Shown here: piece by piece, positions 29,778 through 39,408 of the stretch
How the letters are laid out: every line of letters starts with the position of its first letter
Position numbering within the stretch: the stretch's first letter is position 1
DNA from: Ignavibacteriota bacterium
GTDB lineage: Bacteria; Bacteroidota; Ignavibacteria; UBA10030; CAVZMI01
DNA length: 64,000 nucleotides
Assembly (NCBI GenBank): GCA_963776275.1
Contig: CAVZMI010000028.1
Location: 32,001 to 96,000 of the forward strand
Reading direction: 5' to 3'
Program-made: the position numbers and the translations under genes
Notes under the pieces: model-generated
The model's input: the letters and a program-made list of their open reading frames with translations, nothing else
Database searches by the model: none
Told to the model about the DNA's origin: nothing

Positions 29778-31145
29778 ATGATTGTCTTGATCAGTGATGT
29801 ACATCTTACAGATGAATCAACTGCAAGAAATGTTCATAGAAGTGCATTTGAAATTCTTGAAGATGAAATCATCAGTAACGTGGAAAGTAAGAAGGATATC
29901 AATGAAATAAAGGTCGTTCTTCTTGGCGATATTTTTGATCTGGTGAGAACCGACTATTGGCTCCGGAAGAACATAGCCCCAGCGGATAGGCCCTGGAATG
30001 GCATCATTAATCCCTTAACCGGGATGAATGGAAATAAAGAAAAGGTAGAAGATCAGTTTAATAAAATTCTGGAAGGGATATTCGATACTGATGCCTGTAA
30101 ATCCTTCTTCGCTATGCTTAATAATGTCGCAAAGAGGGCGAAGAAATATAATGTCAGAGATACCAGTGTCACGTATGTTGTGGGCAACCATGACAGGGCT
30201 TTCAATAATTTTGAGAGCCTCAAGAATAAAGTAAAAGAAAAACTGGGAAACGTCGTGAAAATAAAATTTGTTTCCGTTCTCCATGATCCTGAATATTCTG
30301 TGCTGGCACGACACGGATGTGAGTGGGATAATGACTGCTATTCCTGGAAGTTTTCCAACAATGTCTTCAAGACAAGATATAATCAGTTTGATGAACCGGT
30401 ATACAGGATCATGTCGCTCGGGGAAGTTATTACAGCCGAGCTGATGGCAGGCATTGTCTACCACGTGAGTCAGGCATTGGCGAACAATCCAAGTGAACAA
30501 GATAAGCAATTCATTGAGACGATAAAAGAAGTGAACAATCTGAGGCCCATCGTTGAAGTCTTCAAGTATCTTGATTGGCTCACAAAGAATGGCATGAACA
30601 AATATGACGACATATTACGTCAGGCTCTACGGAAAGCGCTCGAAGCGACATACACATCGAGTCTGGCGATATTATGGAAAAGGTACGACAACACCATCCC
30701 CGGTTTACTGAAAAGAACGAATATCCTTGTGAAAAAAGACTTTGGTTTCGTGAAAATAGTTGTTTTATTGCTCCATGCAATCTATAAAGTGTGGGAACGA
30801 ATAAAAAGCATATTCGTCGGCAGAGAAGACGACCTTGTTTCGGGTGCTCGTGAGGAGTGGAAGAATAATAGCTTTGAAAATATTCAGTATATATTTTATG
30901 GACATACGCATGAGGCGCGGCAGGATTATATCGAGGGAAAGCAGGATGGAACGGTAAAACTGTATGTCAATACCGGAACATATCTTCCTTTGATACAGGA
31001 ATGCAGCGAAGACAATGGTTATAGTACCGCTTATCAAATGACAATGGCATTCGTCTATAAAGGATCGGAAGACCATGATGGAAAAAAAGGTGATGCAGCA
31101 AGCCTCGATGTATGGAATGGAATAAAGAGAAAGAATTACGTGTAA
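29778..31145 (+). CDS. Calcineurin-like metallophosphoesterase
   Basis: ISDVH, GDIFD, GNHD, HG, GHTH, NTGT motifs. Confidence 0.85.
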   Translation: MIVLISDVHLTDESTARNVHRSAFEILEDEIISNVESKKDINEIKVVLLGDIFDLVRTDYWLRKNIAPADRPWNGIINPLTGMNGNKEKVEDQFNKILEGIFDTDACKSFFAMLNNVAKRAKKYNVRDTSVTYVVGNHDRAFNNFESLKNKVKEKLGNVVKIKFVSVLHDPEYSVLARHGCEWDNDCYSWKFSNNVFKTRYNQFDEPVYRIMSLGEVITAELMAGIVYHVSQALANNPSEQDKQFIETIKEVNNLRPIVEVFKYLDWLTKNGMNKYDDILRQALRKALEATYTSSLAILWKRYDNTIPGLLKRTNILVKKDFGFVKIVVLLLHAIYKVWERIKSIFVGREDDLVSGAREEWKNNSFENIQYIFYGHTHEARQDYIEGKQDGTVKLYVNTGTYLPLIQECSEDNGYSTAYQMTMAFVYKGSEDHDGKKGDAASLDVWNGIKRKNYV

Positions 31146-31265
31146 AACGATGATCGTTGTTGGTACTCTCCACCGCAGCCCAATACAATCGCCGGAAATC
31201 CGGTACCATAGTACTGTTCAGGGAAGGTCGCATTCGTGAAGAAAATGGGAATAAGGAGGAGTGAT

Positions 31266-31745
31266 ATGAAATGGCTATTCTTGCTGCTCTGTGTGATATT
31301 TATCGGCGGGAAATGCACTGCTCAAATGCCCAGTGTATTCTGGCATACTGAAGTAAGCAGCGGTTTGATTATAGGACGGAATATCAAACCCTCGCCATTT
31401 ATTCCTATGCTAAGGTTTGGTTCGCTTATATCGTTGGACAGGACAAACGAACACATATATCTCGGAGTGCATATAGGAAGCTACTGGGGAAATCCGGGAG
31501 TCGGATTTCTCGGTGATGTTTCCGTTCAATGGTATGTGACAACCGTTGGTCAACATTACGCGAGCCTTTTTATATATCCGGAGACCGGGTATTCAATAGT
31601 AGTCAGTCCGGACAACGGCGGATCCTTTTTTGGTGGGGGAGGTATATCGTTGAGTACAAGTTTTCTTGTGCTCACCGTACGCGGCATGTATTTATTCAGA
31701 CAGGAATGCGGTATGGGTCAATTGGGCGCTGGAATCCGATTCTAA
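31266..31745 (+). CDS. Small outer-membrane beta-barrel-like protein
   Basis: AGGAG RBS, signal peptide, alternating strands, C-terminal GAGIRF. Confidence 0.6.
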   Translation: MKWLFLLLCVIFIGGKCTAQMPSVFWHTEVSSGLIIGRNIKPSPFIPMLRFGSLISLDRTNEHIYLGVHIGSYWGNPGVGFLGDVSVQWYVTTVGQHYASLFIYPETGYSIVVSPDNGGSFFGGGGISLSTSFLVLTVRGMYLFRQECGMGQLGAGIRF

Positions 31746-31777
31746 ATCTCTTTCAGAAAAATGAAAGGATACAGGCA

Positions 31778-32779
31778 ATGAAAGCATTAGTTATATCCGG
31801 AGGAGGAGTAAAAGGGGCGTTTGCTGTCGGTGTACTCAAAGGTCTTATGGACCAATATCTAGCCCAGAATTCCAGCGCGACAGCAAACGATTTTTTTAAA
31901 CAGTATCGAATTATCAGCGGTACTTCAACAGGGGCTTTGATTACACCGTTAGCAGCCATGGGAAGAATGGAGGATCTAATCAAACTCTATACAGATGGTT
32001 CTAAGCTGGAAAGTTATTATCAATGGAATTCTGACGGGAACTTTGGAAATATATTTTCATGGTATAAGTCCGTATTCAATGTCGACGGATTAAAGCAGGA
32101 ATTGCGAGATCGGCTGGCGGCCGATTATAATATACTCATGGAACCCGACAGCCCGACGATCTACTTTGCAACAGTCTCGATGACAACAGGAGAACGCGTA
32201 TATTTCAGCAATAAAAATAACGATTTTAATAATCCGGATTACAGGATACAGAAAGTCGACAGTCTCGGACAGATGGTTGACGCGATTATGGCCTCGGCAA
32301 ACCAGCCGGTATTCGCGCCGCTCGTTTCAATGAAGAATGATGCGACAGGGAAGAACGAAGAATATGCGGATGGAGGAATCAGGGAATATATCCCGATACA
32401 GGCGGTGTTGGATCAGGGTGCAACAGAGATTGATGTAATTGTGAATTCGCCGCTTTTTTTCAGGCGGGAATATCCATATCCAGATTTGCTGAAAATTTTG
32501 AATAGAACCGTCGAATTACTTACGGATGAAATAGGCGACAGCAATGTTCAGTACGCAAAACGTCTGATCGATCTCAAACTTGAAAATACTCCCGGAATAA
32601 CAATGCAGATTTTCCGTCCGCCGCTGGATGGCTATGGAAAAAATAAGGATAAAGAATTCCCGTTTAAGGATAGCAATCTTGATTTTGATGCTGGAAAGAT
32701 GATGATGTTGTTCGACATGGGAATTGAAGTGTCAAAAAAAACAATCCCGGATACTTATGGAGTGTACCCGCCGAAATGA
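31778..32779 (+). CDS. Patatin-like phospholipase
   Basis: SGGGVKG, GTSTG, DGG motifs; start ATG 31778. Confidence 0.9.
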   Translation: MKALVISGGGVKGAFAVGVLKGLMDQYLAQNSSATANDFFKQYRIISGTSTGALITPLAAMGRMEDLIKLYTDGSKLESYYQWNSDGNFGNIFSWYKSVFNVDGLKQELRDRLAADYNILMEPDSPTIYFATVSMTTGERVYFSNKNNDFNNPDYRIQKVDSLGQMVDAIMASANQPVFAPLVSMKNDATGKNEEYADGGIREYIPIQAVLDQGATEIDVIVNSPLFFRREYPYPDLLKILNRTVELLTDEIGDSNVQYAKRLIDLKLENTPGITMQIFRPPLDGYGKNKDKEFPFKDSNLDFDAGKMMMLFDMGIEVSKKTIPDTYGVYPPK

Positions 32780-32801
32780 GGCGAAGCGTCCGCATATAAT
32801 T

Positions 32802-32899
32802 GTTTCAAGTTGGGAAGTTTAAAGTTTAAAGTTGGGAAGTTAGAAGTTTCAAGTTGGGAAGTTAGAAGTTTCAAGTTGGGAAGTTTAAAGTTTAAGGTT
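32802..32899. repeat. Degenerate heptamer tandem tract (aagttNN) upstream of the four-helix-bundle gene
   Basis: About 14 units such as aagttgg/aagttta/aagtttc. Confidence 0.85.
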
Positions 32900-32918
32900 G
32901 TTAAGAGAGCTATTGATA

Positions 32919-33326
32919 ATGGCGACTGTAAAGAGATTTGAGGAATTAAGGATTTGGCAGGAAGCCCGTCAGCTTGTACGGGAAACTTATAAAATGACCA
33001 GCACTCGGCCGTTTGAAAACGATTACGGTTTGAAGAACCAGATCCAGCGTTCCGCCGTCTCGGTGATGTCAAATATTTCCGAAGGATTCGAAAGAGGTTC
33101 GAATAAGGAATTCATTCAATATCTTTTTCAATCAAAATCTTCTTGCGGAGAGGTCAGGTCTCAATTGTATGTTGCCCTGGATTTGGATTATGTCGCTAAA
33201 GAGAATTTCGTAATTCTATTAGAACAAACACTGAAACTTTCGAAAGAAATAGCAGCATTCATTTCGTACCTTAAACGATCTCCCATTAAAGGCCACAAAT
33301 ATAATAACTTGAAACCTGAAACCTGA
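32919..33326 (+). CDS. Four helix bundle protein (TIGR02436/IVP-like)
   Basis: FEELRIWQEA, DYGLKNQIQRSAVSVMSNISEGFER, EFIQYL..SK.S.GEVRSQLYVA. Confidence 0.92.
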   Translation: MATVKRFEELRIWQEARQLVRETYKMTSTRPFENDYGLKNQIQRSAVSVMSNISEGFERGSNKEFIQYLFQSKSSCGEVRSQLYVALDLDYVAKENFVILLEQTLKLSKEIAAFISYLKRSPIKGHKYNNLKPET

Positions 33327-33366
33327 AACCTGAAACCTGAAACCTGAAACCTGCAACTTTGAACTT
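33306..33366. repeat. Heptamer tandem tract (aacctga)n, inverted relative to the upstream tract
   Basis: About 8 units overlapping the stop codon. Confidence 0.85.
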
Positions 33367-33418
33367 CTATATTCTCTTCCTTTCTGTACAGATCTATGAT
33401 AAAGGTATAGAGTGACAG

Positions 33419-34567
33419 TTACTTGCCAAACATAAAAATCAACGGACGCCAGACACGTGCCGCCCAGGCATACTCGCTGTGTTCTGCATTCGGATCAAAG
33501 AACGAGATGAAATCGGATTCATCGTGATACCCTTTTTCTTTGAGTAGTTCTATCATTTCATCCATCCCGGATTTAAGGTTTGCCTCATCACCATAACTGC
33601 CGCAGTCGAAATAGATTTTTATGTTGTGCGTTTTTCCTCTTTCATCACGGACGAGATCAAGTGCCGAGGTCGAACCGCGGTCAAAAACACTGGAGACACA
33701 TCCGGCCTTGGAGAATACGTCCGGATACCACCACACAAACAGGAATGATATCAATCCACCCATTGAAGAACCCATGACTGCACTGTTCGCCCTGTCCGGT
33801 TTTGTCCGATATGCGGAATCGATAAGCGGCTTGACTTTATTGATAACGAACCTCGCGTATGCTTTTCCGAGGTCCGTGTCCGAATACTCAGGTATACGAT
33901 CGGGCGAATTGTAGATGCCTACAATGATGATCTCTTCGATTTTATGGGCACGTATCAGACTGTCCGCCACTTCATCGACATGCCAATCATAGCCGCTGAA
34001 CGAAGTTTTGGGATCGATGATATTCTGTCCGTCATGCATATAGAGGACGGGATAACGCTTTGACTTCTGTTTCTCGTATGACGGTGGGAGCCACACAATC
34101 AGATCGCGCGCATATCGCAACCCTTCTCCATGAATTTGCCGGTGGTATTTCACCGTTCCGGTAATTCCCCCCGGCAGTGTTTGATGAACGATATTATTCC
34201 AGTCGGTCGGATGAATCACAACTTCTTCATTCATTGCAATGACTTTGCGGCTGTTGGGAGGAACTTCCATGGAGTGATAGAGAGCCTGACTATCCCACGA
34301 TCCGAGTGTGATTTTGTATTCGAGTTCCTGCCCTCTGGGGAAGGTAAATGATCTGCTCCAGGTCGAATCGTTGATTTTTTTCAATGCGATTTCTCCCGGA
34401 TTCCAATTCCCCAGTGATTGATGATTCCCGGCGATATAGACAACAGCATCCTGCGGTGTTGTCTTTGGAACTATCACCGTGAATGCGATTTGTTTTTCCT
34501 GCGCCTGACAACCGAAAAGAATTAAAAGAGACAGACAGCAAGGAACAACCAGTTGTCGAATAATCAT
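33419..34567 (-). CDS. CBM20-containing alpha/beta hydrolase (esterase family), probable lipoprotein
   Basis: VYIAGNH..LGNWNP CBM20; YPVLYMHDGQN, GSSMGG, HSE..W; LFGC lipobox. Confidence 0.85.
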   Translation of the reverse strand: MIIRQLVVPCCLSLLILFGCQAQEKQIAFTVIVPKTTPQDAVVYIAGNHQSLGNWNPGEIALKKINDSTWSRSFTFPRGQELEYKITLGSWDSQALYHSMEVPPNSRKVIAMNEEVVIHPTDWNNIVHQTLPGGITGTVKYHRQIHGEGLRYARDLIVWLPPSYEKQKSKRYPVLYMHDGQNIIDPKTSFSGYDWHVDEVADSLIRAHKIEEIIIVGIYNSPDRIPEYSDTDLGKAYARFVINKVKPLIDSAYRTKPDRANSAVMGSSMGGLISFLFVWWYPDVFSKAGCVSSVFDRGSTSALDLVRDERGKTHNIKIYFDCGSYGDEANLKSGMDEMIELLKEKGYHDESDFISFFDPNAEHSEYAWAARVWRPLIFMFGK

Positions 34568-34713
34568 AAATGCATACCTGGTCTAAAAACGTTTTTTCCC
34601 CACCCGCCATCCGGGATCGTTGCCCTCACGCCTTCATCTGTCCTAAAGCTGAAGTCTTCGCGGTAAACAATATGCGAACCAGCCTTTGAGATTTCGTTTT
34701 TGTGGCAGATGAT

Positions 34714-36248
34714 TTATATTATCCTAGCGATCTTTGGAGTCTCATCTACATCTTTGACACGAAGGACGAAAAGTCCGGCTATGATCATTGACGCTCCTCC
34801 AAGTAAAAGCGCATAGATGGCATTTCCTCCAAACAGATGCTTCACATACCATCCGAGGATTGAGGCAGCGGTGATTTGAGGAATGACAATGAAGAAATTA
34901 AAAATCCCCATATAGACTCCCATTTTCTGAGCAGGAAGCGAACCGGCAAGGATTGCATATGGCATTGCTAAAATTGACGCCCAGGCAAGTCCGATTCCCA
35001 ATTCAGATACAAGAAGAAGATCGGGGTTCTTAATGAAGTAAAAAGAGAAAAATGCCAGTCCTCCGCAAAAAAGGCTGATCATATGGACGGTTTTTCGGTT
35101 GGTCTTTTTCGCCAACCAGACGAGTACGAAGGCCATCGCAGCTGCAAAACCATTATAGACCGCCATCAACACACCAACCCAATCCGCTCCTCTATTATAT
35201 AGTTCTGATGTCGGATCGGTTGCTCCGTAAATGTGATGAGTTACTGCCGGTGTTGTATAGATCCACATAGCAAATAAAGCGAACCATGAGAAGAATTGCA
35301 CGACCGCCAGCTGTTTCATTGTCTTCGGCATCTTATAGAAATCATTGAACACCGTCACAAGGCCGCCGTTGATTTTCCCCTGCCGTGTGAGTTGACCTAC
35401 CAACAGCTGCAGAAGGCCGAAAACCATTGAACCGACAAAGAGCACATAGAGTCCAAAGTCGGTTTGTTCGAGAAATAAACGTAATACTGCCGATCCGGTC
35501 AATCCGATGATAATCCAGATTACTCCGTCTCGAAAGAACTTTTTCGCAGACACATTGGAAGAATAACCGTCATCAGACTTTGACGCGTGAGGTTCGTTCT
35601 CCGGCTCAGAGAATTTCTTCAATTCTTCGGGCGAATATTCCTTCGTGCTGACAACTGTCCATACTACGGCGCTGAGGAAAACAATACCGCCAAAATAGAA
35701 CGAGAATTTCACTGAAGGAGGAATCTCTCCGGCGGGTGCTGTGTTCGAAATTCCAAACCAGTTTGTCATGATATAGGGAAGGGCAGATGCTATGATGGCA
35801 CCGGCCCGATAAAAAAGCTTTGCATCGAAAAGCCTATCGTCCTTTGTTCGGAAGGAAGCATATCTCCGACGAACGCCCGGAATGGTTCCATCGAAATGTT
35901 GATTGAAGCATCCATGATCCAGAGCATCCCTGCCGCGATCCAGAGTACCGGTGAATTGGGCATTGCCAGGAGGGCAAGAGAAGCGAGGATCGCACCTGAC
36001 AGGAAAAATGGGCGTCTTCTCCCGAGTCTTCCCCACGTTCTGTCGCTCATATGACCGATGATCGGCTGTACGATCAAACCAGTTACCGGAGCTGCAATCC
36101 AGAGGATCGGAATATTGTCGATCTTCGCACCAAGCGTTTCAAAAATTCTGCTGACGTTTGCATTCTGCAGCGCAAATCCGAATTGTATTCCGAGGAATCC
36201 AAAGCTCATGTTCCAGATTTGCCAAAAATTTAATCGTGGTTTTTTCAT
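34714..36248 (-). CDS. MFS maltose/sucrose-type transporter, frameshifted at ~35806
   Basis: FWQIWNMSFGFLGIQFGFALQ, SDRTW.RLGRRRPF; the second frame continues to MGIFNFFIVIPQ; one G is missing from a G run. Confidence 0.88.
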
Positions 36249-36260
36249 TATTGAGATATA

Positions 36261-36511
36261 GCTTTTCTTATTTCGATGGCTGTTAGGGGAAACACTGCGC
36301 CAACGGCGCATGCGCCTCCGGCGCAAAAGGACACAAAGTACATTTGAAAATGCAGTTATTTAGGACACGAAGAAGAATTTATACTTTGTGACCTCAAAAA
36401 TGGCGTTATTTGATGTTCTCTGAGTACCCTGTGGCGGTGACCATACAATTATTCATCTAAAAAAATGGGACACAGCACCGTAAATCGTCTTTCATCCCAG
36501 CGGTGTTATAT
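36261..36511 (-). repeat. Dispersed ~250-bp intergenic repeat (inverted copy)
   Basis: Reverse complement of 19425-19675 with scattered mismatches. Confidence 0.88.
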
Positions 36512-36556
36512 TTTTCAAAGATGCCATACACTTCCGCCGCACTGTTTTATTTTATG

Positions 36557-38971
36557 TTATCGTACACGGAACACACGCCATCCTATCGGCGGAATCGATA
36601 TAGTTGTACGGTCATTTTTTATATTAACTTTTTCATTACTGATAACGTCTGCTAATTCACAGGAATGATACATTTCCGGAAGTCGTAGGTCGATCGTTTG
36701 TACCCTATCACTCTTGTTCAATACCACAAGTATTCTTTCGTTCATGTCTGAACGCATATACGCATAAATGATGGTGTCAGCCTGCAGGGTGAGGAAATCG
36801 CCGTACCGCAGTGCGGAATGTTGATTGCGCATCTTCACGATTTTCCTGGTTTCTTTGAGCATCTGTCTTTCATGGATCGAAAGCCGATCTCCGAAACGCA
36901 TCATTCGACGGTTATCCGGATCGTCCACGCCGGTCATTCCAAATTCAGAGCCATAGTAAATTACTGGTAAGCCGGGAATCGTGAACATATATGCGAGATA
37001 TAATTCTGCTTTCCTGTAACTTGATGGATGATCGACCGTCGGCGGGTTTTTCCATGCCATCTCTCGAGTATCGATACCCTGATTTTTTACTTTGCCGTCT
37101 GCATAGGCCATATAGCGTACTTTGTCGTGACTGTCCATAATATTGCCCATCAGGTTGTTATGCCCGAACGAAGCAAACGACCTCTTCATGTGAAAATCGA
37201 CGGACGAGAACGATCGATCCGGTTCGAGAAAGACGGGAATTGCAAAATAGGAAAGATTAAAATTGAACTGCGCGGTTAACTGACCATTGTTAACATAGGA
37301 GGCGATGAGATCGTAATCGCCGAAAGTTTCACCGATCTGATAGACTTTTTTATGCATCGGTATTTCGATTTTTTCCTTCAGTTTCCTTGTGAGGGTTCGC
37401 CAGAACTTGTTCGGCACATGCTTCACTGCATCGTGGCGGAACCCGTCGGCACCTGTTTCAGTCAGCCACCATATGGCATTATCAGAGACGATCTTGAGTG
37501 CCTCTTCCGATTTAATAAAATCGAATGAGGGCATGTATGGCTCGAACCATGTTGTGAGACGGTATTCATCCCAGAGACGTAAATTTTTCCTTCCATCCGG
37601 CAAATCCAGTGTCCCGAACCATTCGGGATGTTCTTTATAGAAGGGATGATCTATATGCACATGGTGTGTCACTAAATCCAGTAAAACTTTCAAGTGATGT
37701 TTATGTGCTTTGGAAATCAATTCCTTCAGCTCTTTCATGGAACCAAATTTCTCTTCCACTTTCTTTTCGCTGATTGGCCAATAGCCGTGGTAGCCGCTGT
37801 ACCACCTGTAAGGGGAAGGATACTCGCGGAAGGCTACATCCGGATTATCGTTGACCGGCGAGATCCAGAGGGTATTGACACCCAGTTCGTCAAAATATCC
37901 CTCATCAATTTTATTTATGATTCCCCTGAAATCTCCTCCCTGATAATTGGCCTGGAAAAAGATAGAATCGTGCACCACCGGTCTATCGTTGGATTTATCG
38001 CCGTCTTTAAATCGGTCGATCATTATCGAATAGATCACACAATCATTCCACGACCGCGTGGTTGATGCTTTTGCCGCAGGGATCCCATTCCAAAGAACGA
38101 TCTGTTGAATATTGGTGGGTTTTCCATGCTGGGAAACAAGCACGCGGAGGGTTTTTCCCCCATTCAATCCGGCCTTCTTAAGGCGGATTTCGATCTTATT
38201 GTTATTGATCATTATTCTGGCAGGATCGACTTTTCTATTATCCAGGAGGGCGATGATATCATCCCGCAGCAGGGGAGAGGAACGGTTTGTATTTTCATAG
38301 ACAAAGGAAAAGGATACATCCTCGGACGTTTCTTTTTTTGCGCCGATATGAAGAAATATTTTTGCCGTATCGACATCGCTCACACGCAATACGGAATTGA
38401 AATCATCAAAACCCGTCGGCGACTTTTCCCGATTTCCGGGATCGAGTATCTCTTTTCCATCTACTACGAATTTATAAATGTAGTTACCCGGATCAAGCGG
38501 CAGTGACAGCTCATACACACCCGTTCCTGCGACATCGGTCAGCCGATCTTTTTCCTTATTCCAATTATTGAAGCTTCCGGATACCGCGACTTTTGAAACC
38601 TTTCCCTCAGGCTTGTATGAAAATGTAATGAGTTGCTGTGTGACTTTATCACTCTGCACAATCACCGGGAAAGAATATTTTGTGCCCTGGAGTGTGAATT
38701 CGGCAAGTGTCGCACCTATGAAATTATTTTTGGGTTGAAATATTGCAGTGTTTTGTTTCTGATCATAGATAATGATGAGTTTGTCATTTTCACTGAATTT
38801 CAGATCGTAGACTTTCGCATAAAACATATCGCTGACCAGGACCGTATCCTGCTTGCCGCAATAGACCTTGACGGGTTGAATGAGGTCGCTTATTTCCGCC
38901 GCAAGACACGGCGTGATCAGACATAACGCAAATACCAGTGAGTAGGTCAAATGTTTTATCTTTAATTTCAT
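36557..38971 (-). CDS. GH13 alpha-amylase family protein with CBM48-like domain
   Basis: GSFNNW/YKFVVDG; DRF.DGD, YHGYW, GFRHDAVKH, IGE, SHD. Confidence 0.9.
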   Translation of the reverse strand: MKLKIKHLTYSLVFALCLITPCLAAEISDLIQPVKVYCGKQDTVLVSDMFYAKVYDLKFSENDKLIIIYDQKQNTAIFQPKNNFIGATLAEFTLQGTKYSFPVIVQSDKVTQQLITFSYKPEGKVSKVAVSGSFNNWNKEKDRLTDVAGTGVYELSLPLDPGNYIYKFVVDGKEILDPGNREKSPTGFDDFNSVLRVSDVDTAKIFLHIGAKKETSEDVSFSFVYENTNRSSPLLRDDIIALLDNRKVDPARIMINNNKIEIRLKKAGLNGGKTLRVLVSQHGKPTNIQQIVLWNGIPAAKASTTRSWNDCVIYSIMIDRFKDGDKSNDRPVVHDSIFFQANYQGGDFRGIINKIDEGYFDELGVNTLWISPVNDNPDVAFREYPSPYRWYSGYHGYWPISEKKVEEKFGSMKELKELISKAHKHHLKVLLDLVTHHVHIDHPFYKEHPEWFGTLDLPDGRKNLRLWDEYRLTTWFEPYMPSFDFIKSEEALKIVSDNAIWWLTETGADGFRHDAVKHVPNKFWRTLTRKLKEKIEIPMHKKVYQIGETFGDYDLIASYVNNGQLTAQFNFNLSYFAIPVFLEPDRSFSSVDFHMKRSFASFGHNNLMGNIMDSHDKVRYMAYADGKVKNQGIDTREMAWKNPPTVDHPSSYRKAELYLAYMFTIPGLPVIYYGSEFGMTGVDDPDNRRMMRFGDRLSIHERQMLKETRKIVKMRNQHSALRYGDFLTLQADTIIYAYMRSDMNERILVVLNKSDRVQTIDLRLPEMYHSCELADVISNEKVNIKNDRTTISIPPIGWRVFRVR

Positions 38972-39095
38972 GTCATTACTCTATAAGTATGTAGTAGATC
39001 TATAGAATGATAGAGATAAACGGAGAAGTATTCAATAGAATTTCTATTATAACGACCAGTCGATGAAGCCATTGATACAAGGATGAAATATTAAA

Positions 39096-39382
39096 AGCCA
39101 GGTTACCGAGTAGTACCAATCCGCGTTCGCGGATTGGTACGTATCGAGGTAACTTTACAATTATTGCGAGCTTAATAGATATGGCCTCGATATGGCGCAG
39201 TCCATGGCCATTTGACTCGGCCACCTGGCTGTTAATTTTAAAGAAAAATGTCCAATAGCCAGGTTACCGAGTTAACCCGCAATTTCGATAGCCATATCGA
39301 GGTAACCCCTTTGAAAAGGCCAGCCTAAATATGTGGCCTCGATATGGCTTTTCCAATGGCTATTTAACTCGGCCACCTGGCT
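39096..39382. repeat. Two tandem BIME-like units of paired hairpins
   Basis: agccaggttaccgagt...tatcgaggtaac-spacer-tggcctcgata...actcggccacctggct occurs twice. Confidence 0.8.
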
Positions 39383-39408
39383 GTTCGAACTGTACAATTG
39401 GTATTCTC

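Noticed and set aside
31778-32779. CBASS system
   Set aside because: Patatin is present but there is no CD-NTase; the E1/JAB gene is 27 kb away with its own Ubl.
32919-33326. Diversity-generating retroelement (Avd-like gene)
   Set aside because: No reverse transcriptase and no TR/VR pair with adenine-specific mismatches in the window.
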